Below, one piece after another: positions 51,993 through 64,000 of a DNA stretch of 64,000 nucleotides. A program made the position numbers and the translations under genes. The notes under the pieces are model-generated. The model ran no database searches. It was not told where the DNA came from and saw nothing but the letters and a program-made list of their open reading frames with translations. Source of the DNA: Octopus sinensis (Eukaryota); contig NC_042997.1 of assembly GCF_006345805.1 (NCBI RefSeq), positions 114,514,001 to 114,578,000 of the forward strand, in the 5' to 3' direction. Within the stretch, counting starts at the first letter, position 1. The number at the start of each line of letters is the position of its first letter.

Positions 51993-53212
51993 CTGAAAAG
52001 TTAAATTCCAAAATGAATTCCTTTAATATATTAATACTTTAGTTCCTCATTCTAATTATTTGGGTTTAAATGTTATGATAGTTATGTAATTCATTAAAAG
52101 AGGCCAAATTATTTCTGGAGCATTATTGTCTCATGTTTGCATTCAATAAATCTTACAGATGTTTGCTTATCATTTGTTTATACACACACACAGATTGAAA
52201 CAAATAGACCAATGTATGTGTGTGTGTATATACTTTATTTGTGTGTTAACAACTCTACCAATGGTTTCATGTAAAGAGAAATCTTTACAATTGTCCAATT
52301 GTACTGCATATCACCATTCAGGATGTGAATACCAAGATAGCAATATTGGTACTTGTATTCATTTTTTATGAGAATAGCATATATATCTGTATATATTTAT
52401 CTATATAAGATGAAAATGCACTTGGAATCTTTAAGATTTGTTTACATTTATTTAACTGGTTTCACAATTTCATGATTTTCAAAAGCAGGGTAAGATGAAG
52501 AGACCTGAAGCTGTGCCATATTTGTGTTGACTCTACTGGAATTTGAAAATTGACTCCTTTTTTAAGGAAAGATTATGGCTTAAATTACCATCAGTCAAGC
52601 TACAATTTGATTAATTGACGATAGTCAAAACATTAAGATTAAAATTTAGTTCTCCATGACATCCATGTATTATCATACCTTTTATGACATTATGTATAAC
52701 TGCACCAAAAGTTAAGGCTGCATTCCTCCAGTGAACATGTCACACGAAAGTATAAATAATGATTGTATGTCATATCCACATGATAGGCCACATGACATTA
52801 TAGATGAAATTACACCACTAGACAATGCTGTGCTATTCCAGTAAATATGTGAATGCATTGTTTTTAATACAGAAAAAAAAAACTTCTCTAAGTAAAGGGA
52901 AATAATTCCTCAGGACATATATCTGAGTTATCTTCAAGCAAACATTTTACATAACTTTCAGTTTCTCACCAGACAAGTACTGTCCAACTATTGCAAAACT
53001 AGAAGACAGAGGCTATGGCTACATGGGATTTCAAAAACTAACTACAATACATTAAATGCTCCAAATCTGCCATTGAGTGCTCATACATGTCTTATACATA
53101 TTCAACTCTTTTCTGTTTTAAATAAATGTACACACACACACACACACACACACGCGCGCACACGCACACACACACACACACACACCACACACACACACAC
53201 ACACACGCGCGC

Positions 53213-53246
<34 letters not shown>

Positions 53247-53329
53247 CACACACACACACATACATTGCTTATTCAAGTACTGAATTGTGTCAAATGTGAG
53301 AGGAGTGCTCAACACCTTGTACAGTTTAT

Positions 53330-54400
53330 AGTTTATTGAAACTGAATTTTCATTTCATTTGTCATGACTTGAGTTTCATGTCACTGCAATCTTTGGGTAG
53401 GAACTATTGCAACTTAACATATTTACATTTGTCGATGTGGATATGGCTTCACACCTGTTTTTGTTCACTGGTTTGTGTTTTGCATTTGCTGATTGGCTGT
53501 TGTTTGTCAGCCTCTCTGTTGATTATTTTTGCTGAGAAGGTTTTTAATTTGGCAATTCCTTCTAGATGTGTGAAACTAATGAAGGCTTGTATTGCTGACC
53601 AGGTTTTTGATTACTGATTGTGGGTGGTTTATGTTTATATATATATATATAGGTATTTTGTTAAGTTTACTCTAGTGGTAGTTTTTTCCTGTGTTCAGGT
53701 TGAATGTTACATCCTGATAGTTTATTATGGACAAGTTAGTTTCTACTATTATTATCAGATCAAATTTTTGAAAGGTTTTTTCCTGAATTTATCAAGTTTA
53801 AGTCCATTGATATACTGGTCAATGGCTAGTCCAGTGTTTCTATATAGACCTATATTGGTTTTCATGGATATTTTGCTTATTCATTCTTAGATGCACAGTA
53901 CCTCTAATTCACATGTTTCTGCACCATCATAATATCCCATGGTGACATCAAAGGTTTCATCATTTTATTGTTTTATCTAAAGTGAGTTATCAACCAACAG
54001 GAGGAATTTTCTTGCTCGCATTTGATGCCCCTATCTTAAACACTGCTAGTGATGAATGTCTTGGTGAAGTCAAGTGTTTTATACAAGGATTTTTCTGATA
54101 GATGGATAAAAATCAATAATGTCAGATAATATGAATTTATAAGACTGTTTGTCTTTTATATTGTTAAACCAGTCCAGGATGGATGTACTTCTGTTTTCTC
54201 AAGTAAATATAATTGTTTGTCATATTTTGGAGTTGATGTTTGCCAGGATTTTTTGCTTACTATATCAAGCTCTAATTCCATGGTGTTTATTAGTTTGCAT
54301 TTGGGTTTGGTCATGAACTTAGGTTGTGTTCCTTCAGTGTTATTATATATACTTGTCTTTTTGCAAGACATTACGAACAACAACCAATGAACAAACACAA
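53330..54400 (-). pseudogene. Fossil Penelope-like element reverse transcriptase
   Basis: SDIIDFYPSI; FDVTMGYYDGAETCEL; IGLYRNTGLA (YRDDGL-like); NYQDVTFNLNTG; many stops. Confidence 0.75.
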
Positions 54401-54497
54401 GTATGAGGTTATGAAGCAGTCATCACTAATGATTGTATCAGAGAGTAGACCTTGGTGCATGACACAGTTCTCCCACACCAACAAATATATATATATA

Positions 54498-54541
<44 letters not shown>

Positions 54542-54543
54542 CG

Positions 54544-54591
<48 letters not shown>

Positions 54592-55063
54592 ATAGAAACC
54601 AAATAGTAACAGTTCTCATCTCAAGATTGCAATGGCATGGAACTCTAGTCACAAAAACAAAAGTTCAGTTTCAATAAACTATATATTCAATAGGGTAGGA
54701 GCACTCTGTTGGTTATGACAATGGGGGTCCTAGCTGATAGCATGGCTTAGAAGGTAGGGCAGTTCACTCGTGATCATAAGGTCATAAGGTTGTGAGTTCA
54801 ATTCCTGACGACACGTTGTGTCCTTGAGCAAGACACTTTATTTCATGTTACTCCAGTCCACTCAGCTGGCAAAAATGAGTAGTCCCTATATTTCAAAGGA
54901 CCAGCCTTGTCACACTCTGTGTCATGCTGAATCTCCCTGAGAACTACATAAAGTGTACATGTGTCTGTGGAGTGCTCAGCCACTTCCATGTCAATTTCAT
55001 ATTCCGTTGATCGTCTTAGCTGGGACCCTTGTCATCGTAACCAACAGAGTGCTCCTATATCTA

Positions 55064-55097
<34 letters not shown>

Positions 55098-55690
55098 TAG
55101 ATGCAGGTGTGGCTGTGTGATAAGAAGTTTGCTTGCAACCACATGGTTCTAGGTTCAGTACCACTGTGTAAGAGGTAGGCTGACTGAAGCTTTGTGAATG
55201 AATTTGGTACACAGAAACTGAAAGAAGCGTATCATATGTATGTGTGTGTGTGTGTGTGTATTTGTGAGTGTTACTGTCTCCTTGACTTGACATTACACAA
55301 GAGATATAGATGAGGGTCACCAACGTCAAGCAGTATTTCCAATAGCCTGTGAAAACATGTATAGTCATGGGGAAATATTATCTTACTTGAAAATAGGTGA
55401 GGGTTGGAGATAGGAATGGCATGCTGCCATAGAAAATCCATCTCAGCAAATTCCATTCAACCCATGTGAGCAAGAAAACACGGGACATTAAAGCAATGAT
55501 ATATATATGTGTGTGTGTGTATATATATAGCACTGTCATGGTTGTGTAGTAAGAAACTTGTTTCCCAACCACATAGTTCTGGGTTCAATCCCTCCGTGTG
55601 GCACCTTGGGCAAGTGTATTCTGCTATAGCTTGAGCTAACCAAAGCCTTGCGAGTAGATTTGTTAGACAGAAAGTGATAGAAGCCTGTCG

Positions 55691-55722
<32 letters not shown>

Positions 55723-55942
55723 TGTATTTGTGTCTGTGTTTGTCCCCCCTCCACCATCACTTGACACTAATGTTGGTGTGCTTACGTCCCTGCAACTTAG
55801 CAGTTTGGCAAAAGAGACTGATAGAATAAGTACCAGGCTTACAAAGAATAAGTCCTGGGGTCAATTTGTTCAACTAAAGGTGGTGCTCCAGCATAGCCAC
55901 AGTCAAATGACTGAAACAAGTACTAGAATAAAAGAAAAACGA

Positions 55943-55973
<31 letters not shown>

Positions 55974-56056
55974 TGTGTGTATATTATTCTCAAAGGCTAT
56001 ATATGTCTGTGTAGGTTAGTGTACATGCATGTTAAATACCATTTATAAATCCGTAC

Positions 56057-56101
56057 CTGGTTTAGGTTTCCATTCTGGTTGACTTCCTGGAGTCAAGATC
56101 C
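56057..56101 (-). CDS. Micro-exon E5, 45 nt ((G)ILTPGSQPEWKPKP)
   Basis: ttttcaatctag acceptor, G|GTACGG donor; identical to E1 and E3. Confidence 0.8.
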
Positions 56102-57536
56102 CTAGATTGAAAACAATAAAATCTTGTAAATATATGTGGAATGGTAGTATTCCATATGTTCAAAGAACATATCCAAAAGAATGTCATGTCATCCAATTAG
56201 CATATATATATATATATATTATATATATATATGTACATACACACACACACACATATATATATTTACACATACACACACACATTTCATTGCCCATTCTCTC
56301 CTAAATTCTAAATTAAGTTATGAAGCAGTCATCACTAATGATTGTATCAGAGAGTAGACCTTGGTGCATGACACAGTTCTCCCACCTCATCAGACCCATC
56401 AAACCACTCAACCCATGCCAGCATGGTGATGATGATGATGATGATAATATTTAAGGGTGTCTGTCTTCAATAGGATTTGGAGTAGTTACTGCAGAAATAC
56501 CACTAAATTACTGCTATAGAGATATAAGTTGCATTGGGTGTCTGTGCATATCACTCTCTCTCTATCATGATCATCATCATTCAACGTCCATTGTCCATTC
56601 TGGCATGGGTTGGACTGTTTAACTGGGGCAGGCAAGATGGAATGCTGCACCAGACTCCAGTCTGATTTGGTATGCTTTTCCACGGCTTGATGCCTTTCCT
56701 AATGCCAACCACTCTGAGAATGTAACGGGTGCTTTTATGCGCCACTGGCACTGGTGCCATTTGCATGACACCAGTATCTGCTACAACTGCGATTTTGCTC
56801 AGCTTCATGGGTCTTCTCAAGCACGACAATGCCAAATGTTTCGGTCATGAGGCTCAATGATCAAAAGGAACTCAGCTACTTTATACATAGATAGATAAAG
56901 AGAGAGAGAGAGAGGGAAAGAGAGACTGGAAGAGGGAGGTTTAGTGGAATAAACATGAGAAATAGAACTCAATACGTGAGTTTACAGTAATCCCTCGCCA
57001 TATCATGGTTCACCTATTGCATTTCACCTTTCGCAGTTTATTATTTAAGCTTACATCGATTCCTCCGTGGTGTTGTTTCACATTTATAATAAAATAAATA
57101 TACACAAATTATAAAAATAATGAAAGAAAATATTCAGTACAGTACTGTTTCTACTTCGCAGATTTTCACCTGTCGTGGGGGGGGGGAGTTGAACGTAACA
57201 CCTGTGATAGTTAAGGGATTACTATATTCTTTTTTATTGGCTGAAAAGTTACAAGATTTCCTGTATAGCACTTACAAAACTTTAAACACACACACACACA
57301 CACATTGATATTCTTTTCTACTCTAGGCACAAGGCCTGAAATTTTAGGGAGGGGTCCAGTCAATTAGATTGACTCCGAAAGGATGAAAGGCAAAGTCAAC
57401 CTCGGCAGAATTTGAACTCAGAATGTAAAGACAAACTAAATACTGCTAAGCATTTCGCCTGGAATTGCTAACATTTCTGCCAGCTTGCCACCTTAATACA
57501 CATAGTGATATTATAAACACTATTGTGTATATATAT

Positions 57537-58036
57537 GTGGAGGCACATGGCCTAGTGGTTAGAGCAGTGGACTCACAGTCGAGGGATCACAGGTTTGAAT
57601 CTCAGACCGGGCAATGTGTGTGTTTATGAGCAAAACACTTAAGCTCCACGTGGCTTCGGCAGAAGGTAATGGCGAAACCCTGCTGACTCTTTTGCCACAA
57701 CTTTCTCTCACTCTTTCCTCCTGCATCTTGCAGCTCACCTGTGACGGACTGGTGTCTCGTCCAGGTGGGGAACCTATATGCCAAGATAACCAGGAAACTG
57801 GCCCTTATGAACCAGGCATGGCTCGAGAAGGAACAAACAATATAAACATTAAAAGTTATTTGAAAACTCTTCATAAATTATTTTACTTTACTTAAAATGT
57901 ATTTCTTCAATTTTCCAGAATGCATCATCACCTGCAGCAGCAAGTAAGTATCTATTCATATATATTTATGTATTCATCTTTTAACATGTTCAAATGTAAT
58001 TGGACATGATAATTGCCTAGAGAAGGAACAAACAAT
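57537..58036 (+). other. SINE C plus ~180 bp copied from the 22.7-22.9 kb region, including an antisense copy of E12 (57919-57943)
   Basis: Near-identical inverted match to 22710-23190; bracketed by repeated gagaaggaacaaacaat. Confidence 0.8.
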
Positions 58037-58082
58037 TGTAACTGAAATTGTGCAAAGATAAAGATGTCATAAAGTACTTTAC

Positions 58083-58121
58083 CTATTCTCATCCACCAAG
58101 GTGGCAGCAGAGGTTTATATT
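58083..58121 (-). CDS. Micro-exon E4, 39 nt ((E)YKPLLPPWWMRI)
   Basis: T-run-cag acceptor, G|GTAAAG donor, symmetric phase 1. Confidence 0.8.
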
Positions 58122-59156
58122 CTGAAAAAAAAAAAAAGAAAAATTGGAAAATTATTTAATTTACTTGATCACATCATATTGTTGTATTTTCCATTATTTT
58201 TTTTATCGATAAAACATATTGTTAGGAAATTACTATTTGTAAATCTCACAAGAGATATTCAGCAACAGTACTTTGGAGTAAAGACTGTTTGCCAACATAA
58301 CATGGCAGTCCTGGTTTAGGACAAATTATGTTAGCAAACAATTTTTACTCCAAAACATATTGTCTTAAAAATTCATTGAACCCTGCACTCTTAAAAGAAC
58401 TGGCATTCTTTTCTTTCTTCCTCTTTCTTTAAATGCTATTGTTCTTTTATTCTTTTACATGTTTCATTCATTTGATTGTGGCCATGCTGGAGTATCACCT
58501 TATATGGTTTTAGTTGAAGAAATCAACCCCAGGACTTAATTCTATAAGTCTCTTTTGCCAAATTTCTAAGTTACAGGGACATAAACATAGCATTGTTTGT
58601 CAAGTGATGACAGGGGAACAAACAGAAACACACAAATATATACATACATAAATACATATACATATGTGTGTGTACGACAAGCTTCTGTCAGTTTCCATTT
58701 ATCAAATCCAATCACAAGGCTTTGGTCGGCACTAGACTATAGTAGAAGACACTTGCAGTTTCATCAGTGCATCAAACATGAAGTGAAACAGTAAGGTGTT
58801 ATTCAAGTAAGGTGTTATGTTTCTGCCATATCTTAGAGTGAAAATAGCTGTGAACTAATGAAATTCATAAAATAATCTGTTATTCCATTGTCATCTCTTT
58901 TCTTATTACCGCTCTGTACTCGACTGACACTTCATTCAGAAAGATACGTATATTGAGTTCTACACCATGATATAAGCATTGCATTGCCTAAGCAACACAC
59001 ACACAGGCTAATGAAGTTCACGAGATGATCCATTATTCCATTGTCATGTCTCTTCTTATATACATATTCTTTTATTCTTATGTTTGTTTCAGTCATTTGA
59101 CTGCAGCCATGCTGGAGCACTGCTTTTTGTCATCATATATATATATATATAAATAT

Positions 59157-59187
<31 letters not shown>

Positions 59188-59321
59188 CACATATATACAC
59201 ACGCACATGCATGCACACTCAAATGTATGTGTATGTGTGTGTGTGTATTGTTTTGTTTAAGGCTGTATATGTGTGTATAGGTTAGTGTATATGATATTAA
59301 ATACCATTCATAAATCCATAC

Positions 59322-59366
59322 CTGGTTTAGGTTTCCATTCTGGTTGACTTCCTGGAGTCAAGATCC
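59322..59366 (-). CDS. Micro-exon E3, 45 nt ((G)ILTPGSQPEWKPKP)
   Basis: ttttcactctag acceptor, G|GTATGG donor. Confidence 0.8.
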
Positions 59367-60259
59367 CTAGAGTGAAAACAATAAAATCTTGTAAATATTT
59401 ATGGAATGGTAGTATTCCAATAACACAAAGACATATATTCAAGAACATATCAAATAGAATGTCATCCAATTAGCAAAGATTTACTAATGAACATGCAATT
59501 GTCACTTATTTATAAATCTGCATACCAAACTTGCATATATATATATATATAGAAGGTTTGGAGATGATGTACAGATATTTATTGGTATGTTACATGTTTT
59601 TATAAATCATATATCATATATTAGCGCTTTCGTCCACTCTAGTGGAGTTGTCAAATTGAACTTTTGCAGGATTTTTGTCTCTTTTTATAGTATTATTGAT
59701 TGTGTAGGGGTGGAGAGGGATATAAGATAGTACAAGAGGGTGAGGAATGAGAGAGAATGTGTGTGTGTGTGTGTGTGCGTATGTGTGTGTGTTTTTGTAT
59801 CTGAAAGAAATGTTAAAGAAAAAGAAAAGGAAAAGAAGGAGAGAAAGAAGAAAAAATTTGTTGATATCTTTGCGGCTGGTCAGTCTTTCAATAGTAAATG
59901 ATTCTTGGCTTTTAGAAATGGCAAACCCAGCTGGTCACTCCAAGGGGGACAAAATGTCACTTTTCAAATAATTGTCTGGATTTCTTTTTATCATTGTCTT
60001 GTGAGAGAGTGTTTGTATGTGCGCATGTGTGTATGGTTATGTGGGTGTCTGTGTATCTGAAAAGAGTGTCAAATGGAGAAGGGAATGAAAGGAAGGAGGA
60101 GGAGAGAAAGAAGAAAAAAATGTGTTTACATTTTTGCAGCTGGTCAGTCTTTCAATAGTAAATGATTCTTGGCTTTTAGAAATGGCAAACCCAGTTGAAG
60201 AGTGACCAGCTTTGTTTTCTACACCACCTGTTTTCGTCTTTTGTTTTTTTGTGAATTCT

Positions 60260-60335
<76 letters not shown>

Positions 60336-60942
60336 CCATCATCAGATTCAGCATCATCAATTAACATCAATCAATGATCCATTCTGGTATGGGTTAAACA
60401 GCTTGATAGTAAATGATGTGTCGAAGGACTGCATCATACCCCAGAGTCTACTTTGGCATGGTTTCTACAACTGGAAGCAAATGGCTGCATTTTGTCGTAA
60501 CACCATCACTAATGAAGTCACCATGCACCTTGCAATATATATAATCAAATACGTGCACACCGGGAGAACTACATTGCATGGAAACAATTGTAATGATGAA
60601 AGATTAATGTCCGACTGTCCCCCTTCTTGTTGAATCCAATTTTTTCAATTACCTATTCACATTCGACAGACGCCCAAACATAAAACTGAAAGTATGTATA
60701 ATACTACAAGTGGATAGAATAGAGTAAATCTGAAGGTGGATGAGCTTTACTCTGTACTCTGCTACGTTCTTTACAGAATATACCATAAATGTATGTATGT
60801 ATTATGATGATATACACATCATATGCATACAGACATGCATACACAAACACACACACACACACAGATATGTTATAAACACTATTGTGCATGTACAAGTGTA
60901 ATTGAAATTGTGCAAAGATATAGATGTCAAAGACTGGTTTAC

Positions 60943-60981
60943 CTGTTTTCATCCACCAAGGTGGCAGTACAGGTTTATACT
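60943..60981 (-). CDS. Micro-exon E2, 39 nt ((E)YKPVLPPWWMKT)
   Basis: T-run-cag acceptor, G|GTAAAC donor. Confidence 0.8.
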
Positions 60982-62079
60982 CTGAAAAAAAAAAAAAAAA
61001 CAGAAAATTGCAAAATTATTTAATTTGCTTGACCATATCATATTGTTGTAGTTTCCATAATTTAACTTATTTATCAATTAAATATATTGATTGTCTCAGA
61101 AATTCATTGAGCTCAATTGGCATCCTGGCATTCTTTTCTTTCTTCCTCTCCTGTGCCTTTTTAAGTGTTAGTGTAACTAATGTTTATCAGGTCTAAACTT
61201 AACTGATGTGGAGGCACATGGCCTAGTGGTCAAAACAAAAGAATTACAGTCGAGGGATCTTGGGTTCAAATCTCAGACCAGGTGATGTGTGTGTTTATGA
61301 GCAAAATATGCAGCTCTAGCAGAAGGTAATGGTGAACTTCTGCTGATTCTTTCGCTACAATTTACTCTCACTCTTTCCTCCTGCATTTAGCAGCTCACCT
61401 ATGATGGACTGGCGTCTCGTCCATCTGGAGAACCTATATGCTATTGAAACCAGGAAACTGGCCTTATGTGCCAGGCATACAACAATCTTAATGGATACCT
61501 CTTAGAGCCTCCTCACTCATAGGTTAAGGTCCTAGATATAAAAATATTTTTCCTTGGCAAAAATGAATATTTTCTCTATATATAATACTTTCATAAAACG
61601 CTGCGCAGTCACAAAGCTTATCCTTTGTAGTCATTTTTGAAAGATAATTTCACATCTAAAAATGTACATCTAATGATTGTAGGTCAAAGTAATTTACATG
61701 AAACTATTAGTTATATAATTTGCTTTTGTTCCTGTGATTGATATAAAAACTAAATATTTTATTGAGTGCCTATGAAAAATAACCGATCATGTAGATTATT
61801 GGCATGGCTCTGTGGTTGAGAATTTTGCTTCCCTTCCACAAGATTTAGAGTTCATCTTGACTACTGCATGACACCTTGAGCAAATGTCTTCTACTGTAAC
61901 CCTGGGCCATCATAAGCCTTATGAGTGACTTTGGTAGAAGGTAAGTGGGAAAATTGAACAAAGCATGTTGTATATTTGTCTGTCTGTCTATTAATCTATC
62001 TATCTACCTATCTAACAACAAGTAATATGTATGAAGAAAATCATACGTATAGATATATATTGATATACACATGGACTCA

Positions 62080-62586
62080 CACAAAACACGGAGGCCTACA
62101 TCAATTGCTCGGAGGAGGCAGTGCTGCCCTGGGTCAAGAGCGTGGCTGCTAGAAGACACTATGTCTGCACCATGCCACACAAGCATGAGAACCTGGCCAT
62201 GGCTGTCAGACAAATTCTGTGACCACATCACTCCTAACATCTGGCCTACTAACTCCCCAGATTGCAACCCCCTTGATTATTATGTGTGGGGCGCAGTTGA
62301 GTGAGAGACCAACAAAACTCTTTGTAACACCAAAGATGAACTGAAGATAAGGATTATGGCAGCATTGACCAACTTAAACAAGGAGACTGTCCAAAGGTAT
62401 TGCTGGAGATTCCGAAGTCGTCTGGAGGCCGTGGTTGAAGCCAATGGTGATTTTATTGAATAAATTTACTCTTTAGTATTTCAAGATATTTCTATGTAAT
62501 TTTGGGAAATATATCGGTTAAAATGAGCTGTCAGTGTTATTTTCGTTTTTGTGTAATTTAGACAATAATTTATTCACCTCACCCTG

Positions 62587-62592
<6 letters not shown>
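62080..62592 (+). mobile_element. Tc1/mariner (maT-like) transposase 3' relic with terminal repeat
   Basis: SAPCHTS..WPTNSPDCNPLDYYVWGAVE; ends ..cacctcaccctgTA. Confidence 0.75.
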
Positions 62593-62620
<28 letters not shown>

Positions 62621-62776
62621 TGTATGTATGTATGTATGTATGTATGTATGATTGTATGTATGTATGTATGTATGTATGTACATATGTATGTATGTATTGT
62701 TTTGTTTTGTTTGAGGCTGTATTTGTTTGTATAGCTTAGTGTATATGCATGTTAAACACCATTCATAAATTCATAC

Positions 62777-62821
62777 CTGGTTTAGGTTTCCATTCTGGTT
62801 GACTTCCTGGAGTCAAGATCC
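62777..62821 (-). CDS. Micro-exon E1, 45 nt (ILTPGSQPEWKPKP); most 5' exon visible
   Basis: ttttcactctag acceptor, G|GTATGA donor; no start codon, so the gene begins beyond 64000. Confidence 0.8.
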
Positions 62822-63006
62822 CTAGAGTGAAAACAATAAAATCTTGTAAATATATATGGAATGGTAGTATTCCAATAACACAAAGACATATATTCAAGAA
62901 CATATCAAATAGAATGTCATCCAATTAGCAAAGATTTACTAATGAACATGCAATTGTCACTTGTTTATAAATCTGCATACCAAATTTGCATATATATATA
63001 TATATA

Positions 63007-63693
63007 TTGATAGAAATGGTTAAACAACAAAAGAATGAAAGAGACCTCGATATTATGTAAATAGAGGAATTTATCTGTAAATGTAATATGTGACAATTAT
63101 TCGGTAGCCATGATAAAACTCTGAGTTTCGGATGCCAAGGTGGAAATCCACGCCGCCATCTCTTCAGTTATCCGGCCATTGGAAAAATACTATGAAAAAT
63201 GACCATCATACGAAAGGAAATTACTGTGTGATTGTCCGTTATTAAGACAAAAGAGCTATTTGAATGACTGCTAAGTGAGGGGAGGGAGTAAAAGTAAGGG
63301 GGTAAAAAAGTTCATAGTATTCACATGAGCGCGCATGTTCATACCTACACATGTATGCCACATGAGGGTGGATGAGTGTATATCTTTTGGTGCATGCATG
63401 TGAGTGTGAGGGCGTGCCTGTATAGGTATGAACATGCGTGCTCACGTGAATACTATGAACCTTTTTACCCCCTTACTTTTCTCCCTCCCCTTACTTAGCG
63501 GTCATTCAAATAGCTCTTTTGTCTTAATAACAGTCAATCACACAGTAATTTCCCTTTGTATAACGGTCATTTTTCATAGAATTTTTTCCGATGGCCAGAT
63601 AACTGAAGAGATGGCGGTGTGGATTTCCCCCTCACCATCCGAAACTCGGAGATTTATCATGGCTACCAAATAACTGTCACATATTACATTTAC

Positions 63694-63698
<5 letters not shown>
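63007..63698. mobile_element. Penelope-like fold-back (~276-bp arms, ~74-nt loop) with a hammerhead motif in each arm
   Basis: 63072-63347 inverted at 63422-63698; CUGAAGA..CGAAAC cores at 63167-63125 (minus) and 63603-63645 (plus); flanked by (TA)n. Confidence 0.75.
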
Positions 63699-63728
<30 letters not shown>

Positions 63729-64000
63729 TGTATATGTATATGTTTGTATATATATGTATATGTATATGTATATATATATCATCATCATCATCATCATTTA
63801 ACGTCCGCTTTCCATGCTAGCATGGGTTGGATGGTTCAACTGGGGTCTGGGAAGCCCGAAGGCTGCACCAGGCCAGTCAGATCTGGCAGTGTTTCTACAG
63901 CTGGATGCCCTTCCTAAAGCCAACCACTCCATGAGTGTAGTCCACTCCGTGAGTGTAGTATATAAATAGCCATCATCATCATCAGCATCATCAATTAACA

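Noticed and set aside
57919-57943. Plus-strand micro-exon suggesting an inverted paralogous gene
   Set aside because: No other plus-strand exons found; explained as a copied fragment antisense to the host gene

Overview
This is AT-rich, repeat-dense animal genomic DNA. The SINE families, RTE/CR1 LINEs and (TA)n/(TATG)n/(CAT)n density look cephalopod (octopus-like); that assignment is an inference. Nearly all ORFs in the supplied track are microsatellite or transposon artefacts. The main result is a minus-strand gene that the ORF track largely misses because most of it is micro-exons. Nine symmetric phase-1 exons of 39-45 nt (62821 to 33391), then exons of 108, 215 and 25 nt, splice by hand into a stop-free, Cys-free, Pro/Trp/Tyr/Lys-rich repeat polypeptide. 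This joins in frame to three further exons (19017 to 11868) resembling a transcobalamin C-terminal/DUF4430 domain. The 5' micro-exons are being multiplied by ~3.3-3.5 kb tandem duplication, and the gene start lies beyond the right edge. The introns and flanks carry a near full-length frameshifted CR1-type LINE, a 5'-truncated RTE LINE with a PHD finger inside its RT, (TACA)n-associated RLE retrotransposon relics, a Penelope-like RT fossil, mariner/maT relics, dimeric TTAA MITEs and Helentron-like elements. Several microsatellite-embedded fold-back or tandem repeats contain minimal hammerhead-ribozyme motifs, including an exact 600-bp tandem unit with one hammerhead per monomer. Exon models and RNA folds were derived by eye and need transcript and computational confirmation.
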